DNA of 64,000 nucleotides from Candidatus Paraprochloron terpiosi LD05 (GTDB lineage Bacteria; Cyanobacteriota; Cyanobacteriia; Cyanobacteriales; Prochloraceae): NCBI GenBank assembly GCA_018141785.1, contig CP073341.1, positions 3,129,422 to 3,193,421 of the forward strand, read 5' to 3'. Shown piece by piece: positions 55,577 to 64,000 of this stretch (position 1 is its first letter; each line of letters starts with the position of its first letter). The notes under the pieces were generated by a model. It saw only the letters and a program-made list of their open reading frames with translations, ran no database searches and was not told where the DNA came from. The position numbers and the translations under genes were made by a program.

Positions 55577-57775
55577 ATGTCAAGCAAAACACTCTGTCCC
55601 TATTGCGGCGTAGGCTGCGGTCTGGAAGTATCTCCCCCAGCTCAATCTGGTAGAGCAACTCATCGGGATAGTCAAGGTAATCCTATTTGGAGGGTAAAAG
55701 GCGATCGCGCTCACCCTTCCAGTAAAGGTCAAATTTGCGTCAAAGGAGGAACTATAAGCGAGTCTTTGGACAAAAACAGACTCAAATATCCCATGTTGCG
55801 GAATTCTTTATCAGAGGAGTTTCGCCGGGTGAGTTGGGAAAAAGCATTCACTACTATTGTACATCAAATTCAAACTGTTTTGGCAAATTTTGGACCAGAT
55901 GGTATTTCCATGTACGGTTCCGGTCAGTTGCAAACGGAAGACTATTATATCGCCCAAAAACTCCTCAAAGGGTGTCTCGGTACTAACAATTTTGATGCTA
56001 ACTCTCGTCTTTGCATGTCTTCCGCAGTGGCGGGTTATATTCAGAGTTTTGGTTCCGATGGACCCCCCTGTTGCTACGATGACTTGGAACTGACAGATTG
56101 TGCTTTTTTAATCGGTACCAACACTGCTGAATGTCACCCTATTGTGTTTAACCGTCTCCACAAGCATAAAAAGCGCAAGGGGAAAAGGGTAAAACTAATT
56201 GTAGTAGATCCCCGACGCACTAAAACTGCTGAAGCAGCAGACTTGCACTTAGCTATTAAACCGGGAACGGATATAGATTTACTCCATGGTATTGCTCATC
56301 TGTTGATGCGGTGGGACAAAATAGACACTATCTTTATAGATGAGTGTACCAAAGACTTTCCCGCCTATGCAGAGGTGATTGGTAAATATCCCCCAGAATT
56401 AGTGGCCCGCAAGTGTGGTATTCGCTTAGATGAACTGGAAACAGCGGCCCGTTACTGGGGAGATGCTAAGAGAGTGCTGTCCCTGTGGTCTATGGGTGTG
56501 AATCAGTCCTCAGAAGGGACGGCTAAGGTACGCACTTTAATCAATCTCCACCTCATGACCGCCAATATTGGTAAACCCGGTGCAGGACCATTTTCCCTCA
56601 CGGGACAACCCAATGCTATGGGAGGGAGAGAAACAGGAGGCTTGTCCCATATTTTACCCGGTTATCGTCTGGTGAAAAATCCAGAACATAGACGGGAAGT
56701 AGAGGCATTCTGGGGACTGGAAGAAGGGGCAATTTCCCCTCTTCCTGGTAGGGATGTGTTAAATATGGTGCGAGGGTTGGAAAATAGGGAAATAGGTTTA
56801 TTTTGGATTGCTGCTACTAACCCGGCGGTGAGTATGCCGGATTTAGAACGGACGAAGGCAGCCATGATGCGATCGCCCTTTACAGTCTATCAGGATGCCT
56901 ACGATCCTACGGAAACGAAAGCCTATGCTCACCTGCTCTTACCAGCAGCTCAATGGGGAGAGAAAACCGGCACTATGACCAATTCAGAACGGGTGGTGAC
57001 CTACTGTCCCAGTTTCCGCTCTCCACCGGGAGAAGCAAAGGCAGATTGGGAAATCTTTGCGGAAGTAGGACGAAGGTTAGGTTTCCAAGACAAGTTTGAC
57101 TTTGCCGACTCTGCTGAGGTTTATGCCGAATTTGTCCAATTGACTCGGGGACGTCTTTGCGATATGAGTGGGTTAAGCCACAAGAGATTAGCAGCAGAAG
57201 GACCAATTCAGTGGCCTTCTCCAGAAGGAGAAATAACCCGGTCCTATGGTAAACGACTGTACACTAATTGGAACTTCCCCACTGAAGATGTCCGGGCCAA
57301 GTTTGCTGCTTTTGATTCCCAGGGGCTGGCGGAACCAACGGATCAGGAGTATCCTTTTGTGTTAACTACCGGAAGACTTTACGGGCATTGGCATACTATG
57401 ACCAGGACAGGGCGCATTGAGAAAATCATGAAAATGCACCCGGAACCTTTTGTGGAGATTCATCCCCGAGACGCTCAAAAGCTGGGAATAGAAGAGGGGA
57501 GTTGGGTTGAAGTGCGGTCCAGACGAGGAGTAGGGAGGTGGAAGGCAAAAGTTACTAAAGCCATCGCCCCGGGAACTCTGTTTGTACCCATGCACTGGGG
57601 TGCACTTTGGACAGATAATGGGGAAGCTAACCTTTTAACTCACCCAGAAGTTTGTCCTATTTCTCTCCAACCGGAGTTAAAAGCTTGTGCAGTACAGTTA
57701 GTGCCTATTAATCAACAATTATCAATTAATCATGAAAAGTTGACCAGGAAAAATCAAGAATTAGTAGTGATATGA
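55577..57775 (+). CDS. narB: Assimilatory ferredoxin-nitrate reductase (molybdopterin oxidoreductase)
   Basis: N-terminal 4Fe-4S motif CPYCGVGCG...C. MopB catalytic and C-terminal molybdopterin dinucleotide-binding domains; 732 aa. Confidence 0.9.
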   Translation: MSSKTLCPYCGVGCGLEVSPPAQSGRATHRDSQGNPIWRVKGDRAHPSSKGQICVKGGTISESLDKNRLKYPMLRNSLSEEFRRVSWEKAFTTIVHQIQTVLANFGPDGISMYGSGQLQTEDYYIAQKLLKGCLGTNNFDANSRLCMSSAVAGYIQSFGSDGPPCCYDDLELTDCAFLIGTNTAECHPIVFNRLHKHKKRKGKRVKLIVVDPRRTKTAEAADLHLAIKPGTDIDLLHGIAHLLMRWDKIDTIFIDECTKDFPAYAEVIGKYPPELVARKCGIRLDELETAARYWGDAKRVLSLWSMGVNQSSEGTAKVRTLINLHLMTANIGKPGAGPFSLTGQPNAMGGRETGGLSHILPGYRLVKNPEHRREVEAFWGLEEGAISPLPGRDVLNMVRGLENREIGLFWIAATNPAVSMPDLERTKAAMMRSPFTVYQDAYDPTETKAYAHLLLPAAQWGEKTGTMTNSERVVTYCPSFRSPPGEAKADWEIFAEVGRRLGFQDKFDFADSAEVYAEFVQLTRGRLCDMSGLSHKRLAAEGPIQWPSPEGEITRSYGKRLYTNWNFPTEDVRAKFAAFDSQGLAEPTDQEYPFVLTTGRLYGHWHTMTRTGRIEKIMKMHPEPFVEIHPRDAQKLGIEEGSWVEVRSRRGVGRWKAKVTKAIAPGTLFVPMHWGALWTDNGEANLLTHPEVCPISLQPELKACAVQLVPINQQLSINHEKLTRKNQELVVI

Positions 57776-57823
57776 TAATATATCAAAGACAAATCTCTTC
57801 CCCTATATTCGACCCTTAGCTAT

Positions 57824-58279
57824 ATGAGTAATTTTTTTCAATTTGAAGCTGATTTTGTGGATTCTCTCCGCTGTATTCCCATGCAGGTAAGGTTTAAGTT
57901 AGATACTTGCGGGGTGAAGCTGAAACCAGCTCATTGGAATCAGTTTACCTCAGAAGAACGGGAAGCTTTAGTAACCAAGCCATGTACCAGTATAGCAGAA
58001 AGTCAAGCTTATAGGCAATTCTTGCAAAATCTGGTAGTAGAGAAGACAGGAAACCCTGCTCAAGAAATTGTTGTTGATCCAGCTCCTCCTTGGAAAAATG
58101 TGCTCATGATACCTCCTAATATTCAAGAAAAAGCATTAGAATTTGGGGTTATCATCACTATCCAACAGTGGGGAGAGTTGACTCCTTTACAACGTTTTGC
58201 TTTAATTAAACTTAGTCGTCCTAGTCATGAAAATAAGAACTTTTTACCTGCTCTAAAAGAATTTAATTTGAAACCATGA
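57824..58279 (+). CDS. Nitrate reductase-associated protein (TIGR02664-like, tentative)
   Basis: 151-aa ORF directly downstream of narB. MSNFFQFEADFVDSLRCIPMQVRFKLDTCGVKL matches my recollection of the narB-linked conserved protein. Confidence 0.55.
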   Translation: MSNFFQFEADFVDSLRCIPMQVRFKLDTCGVKLKPAHWNQFTSEEREALVTKPCTSIAESQAYRQFLQNLVVEKTGNPAQEIVVDPAPPWKNVLMIPPNIQEKALEFGVIITIQQWGELTPLQRFALIKLSRPSHENKNFLPALKEFNLKP

Positions 58280-58344
58280 TTAACGCGATCGCAGTTCGTT
58301 GGGTAGTCAAATTGATTTTGCCCACCATATTTACTGGATCTGTT

Positions 58345-58365
58345 GGTGGGCAATGCCCACCCTAC
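58345..58365. repeat. GGTGGGCAATGCCCACCCTAC palindromic repeat
   Basis: Full copy, between the narB-associated gene and ahcY. Confidence 0.8.
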
Positions 58366-58476
58366 GTATAGGAAACTTCGAGTGGCGCTGCGTTATCGCA
58401 GTAAAAAATCGGTAACTGTCAAGGCAAAGTACGTGCTAACTGCTATAATGATATTTGCTGTAACAAAAAAAACTAG

Positions 58477-59754
<1,278 letters not shown>

Positions 59755-59764
59755 TAGGGTTTAG

Positions 59765-59784
59765 GGGCGCACGGCTGTGCGCCC
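59765..59784 (+). terminator. Perfect 8-bp GC hairpin after ahcY (GGGCGCAC-GGCT-GTGCGCCC), no T-run
   Basis: Lies 11 nt after the ahcY stop and is followed by an octamer-repeat element. Confidence 0.35.
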
Positions 59785-59877
59785 AGGGCTGCTGAAGAAT
59801 TGAAAAACCGCAGAGACGCAGAGGACACCGAGAGGAAAGAGAGGAAAAAGAGGAAAGGTGTAGGGTGTGGGGAAGAA

Positions 59878-61058
59878 TTAAGCAATAGTAGAACGTTTGG
59901 TACTTTCTTTGGAAGAAGTACCCACATTTTTAATCCCAGCTCGAATCATTTCTCGTTCTAAGAGGGCAAAAAAACTAGCTCGATCGCCTCCTCGAACTAC
60001 TGCTTGATTGTGAGCTTCTGCTAAAGTAATGGGATAACCATAGCCTTTATCTACTTGTGCTAACATGATACCCAAGGATTGGTTCAATAAGTCCTTATCT
60101 TCTGCTACCCAAGCGGGAACTTCAATGCGAGCAACTTCCGAACCCACATTAACGTAGCAGAAATAGATCCTGAGGGGTTCGTCGTATAAGTGGAGAATAG
60201 ATGAATTGCTGCGCCACAAGCAACTCCTTTGTCCAGGTTCTAATAAGTGACCCCAAATGGTAGTATCCCCCAAAGGAGTAATAACTTCGCACTTCTTCTT
60301 TCCCTCTATATTACCACAATGAACAACGCAATTAGGACTATCAAAGGGACAAACAGCCAGACGGAGAAAGTTAACTGCTTCTATGCTGCGAGAAGCACTG
60401 ACGTAACCCATTAAGGGAATGTTAGTTTGGTACAACTCTTCCCAAGCAGCGAGAATGGGAGGAAGGATATGTTCCCGGGCAGGCTGAGGTAGGGTTTCCA
60501 AAAACCAGTAGATTAAAGAACCGTCCACCATGGCCAAATTAGGAGTATTATAGTGTTCACCAGGAGGACGCACCCAACGACAAGCCATTTCTGCCAATAT
60601 CTGCGCTTCGGAGACAGTGCGTCGATATCCCATCCATTCCTGAACCCGGATACCCCACTGTTTGGAGATATAGATATCTTCTGGTTTGTAGAAAACTTCC
60701 GGAATACTATCCAGCAAGGGAAACAAACCTTGATTATAGTGGAGCATGATCCTACCGATATTGATTAAATAACAATAGGTAACTTCGTGGTGAGAAGGGG
60801 AAATTTGGGAACCATCGGTAGCGAAGACACTATGACTTTTTGGTGGTGCGGGAATATCTATAGGAGTATCTATGGGTTCCATGGGAGTAGCGGCGGTAAA
60901 TAGGAGGCGCGAGCGCAACTCAAGAGATTGTTCAACCAGCTCCTCCTGTCTATCCCTCACCTCTCCCAGCAACCCAGCAGCCCGTTGCAATCGTTGACGA
61001 TTAGCTAATCCAACTTCAAGCAAGTGTTGGCTAATACCAGGAATTTGTCCTGCCAGTT
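59878..61058 (-). CDS. NurA-domain nuclease-like protein, exon 2
   Basis: FATDGSQ and AMVDGSL Asp-containing motifs and YPITLAEAHNQAVV, typical of the NurA family. The frame stays open upstream of the TTG at 61023 up to the intron 3' end. Confidence 0.7.
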
Positions 61059-63582
<2,524 letters not shown>

Positions 63583-63598
63583 TAACTAAGTCTAGCAT
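63583..63598 (-). CDS. NurA-like gene, exon 1 (ATG CTA GAC TTA GTT A)
   Basis: The ATG at 63598 is preceded by AAGGAAG 3 nt upstream. Splicing to 61058 yields MLDLVKLAGQIPGISQHLLEVGLANRQ... Confidence 0.65.
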
Positions 63599-63678
63599 AA
63601 TCTTCCTTTGCGCCTTTGCCCTCGCCATCGCGGATGCCGAGGGCGAAACCAACTAAGACGCTAAGACGCAAAGATTTA

Positions 63679-64000
63679 TTAATCGATGAGAGCGTTGAGC
63701 AAGACTTGTGTCAAACTCATATTTAGCATATCGTCGATAGTTATTGTATCCACAATATCAAATTTTGCCCCCGCATTTTCCAGCTCATCGTCTAAGGCTT
63801 TGAGATAGCGAGTGGCTTTTTTATCTTTACCTACTTGAATCAGGGAAATACCCAATTCTTCATCCCGGTCAATTTTTTGGGATGCTTCGATAATCAGCTT
63901 CATTACTGCTTTGCGGTCATCTGGCTCACCGTCAGTAATGACTAACATGGTTTCCCCATTAGGTTTAGCCACACCTGTTTCTTTGCGCTCAAAATAGTTA
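63679..64000 (-). CDS. von Willebrand factor type A (vWA) domain protein, C-terminal part; 5' end is outside the window
   Basis: The frame is open to position 64000. LVITDGEPDD...ISLIQVGKD... is the distal part of a vWA/TerY-like fold. Confidence 0.55.
   Translation of the reverse strand, partial: NYFERKETGVAKPNGETMLVITDGEPDDRKAVMKLIIEASQKIDRDEELGISLIQVGKDKKATRYLKALDDELENAGAKFDIVDTITIDDMLNMSLTQVLLNALID

Noticed and set aside
58376-58402. GAGTGGCGCTGCG-TTAT-CGCAG upstream of ahcY, as a possible SAH riboswitch.
   Set aside because: Only the first hairpin resembles the GGCGCUGC core. The downstream pseudoknot and GGCUC-type elements are not present. It is probably just a small hairpin.

Overview
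This 64-kb segment looks like cyanobacterial chromosome. The evidence is many HIP1 GCGATCGC octamers, two xisH/xisI pairs, six Uma2/DUF820 genes, and NtcA-type GTAN8TAC boxes in front of nirA, nrtP and narB. The housekeeping backbone is: FAD oxidoreductase, ArsR regulator, ABC-ATPase-domain protein, dnaJ-like, two peroxiredoxins, dsbA-like, clpB, htpG, znuABC (with a perfect Fur/Zur-type palindrome), S8 peptidase, GH116-type glucosylceramidase, typA, ferredoxin, hisG plus hisS-like, rpe, nirA-nrtP-narB, ahcY and a nurA-like gene. Accessory and mobile material is scattered through it. One ORF-containing group II intron splits the nurA-like gene after codon 5, and there is one ORF-less group II intron-like element. 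There are several short palindromic or octamer repeat families, a sulfotransferase islet between clpB and htpG stitched together with duplicated fragments, and several decayed genes with in-frame stops or frameshifts. The best candidate for a novel system is a translationally coupled ABC/SMC-type ATPase (462 aa) plus a small PD-(D/E)xK-like protein (184 aa). It lies on the opposite strand between nrtP and narB and is bracketed by inverted repeat copies. Its architecture is that of a defence module, but I cannot assign it to a named family. The second candidate is a secreted Cys-rich three-repeat protein with an aerolysin/ETX-like C-terminal half, embedded in a partial duplication of the dsbA-like gene. 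All functional calls come from motif recognition by eye; no database searches were run.
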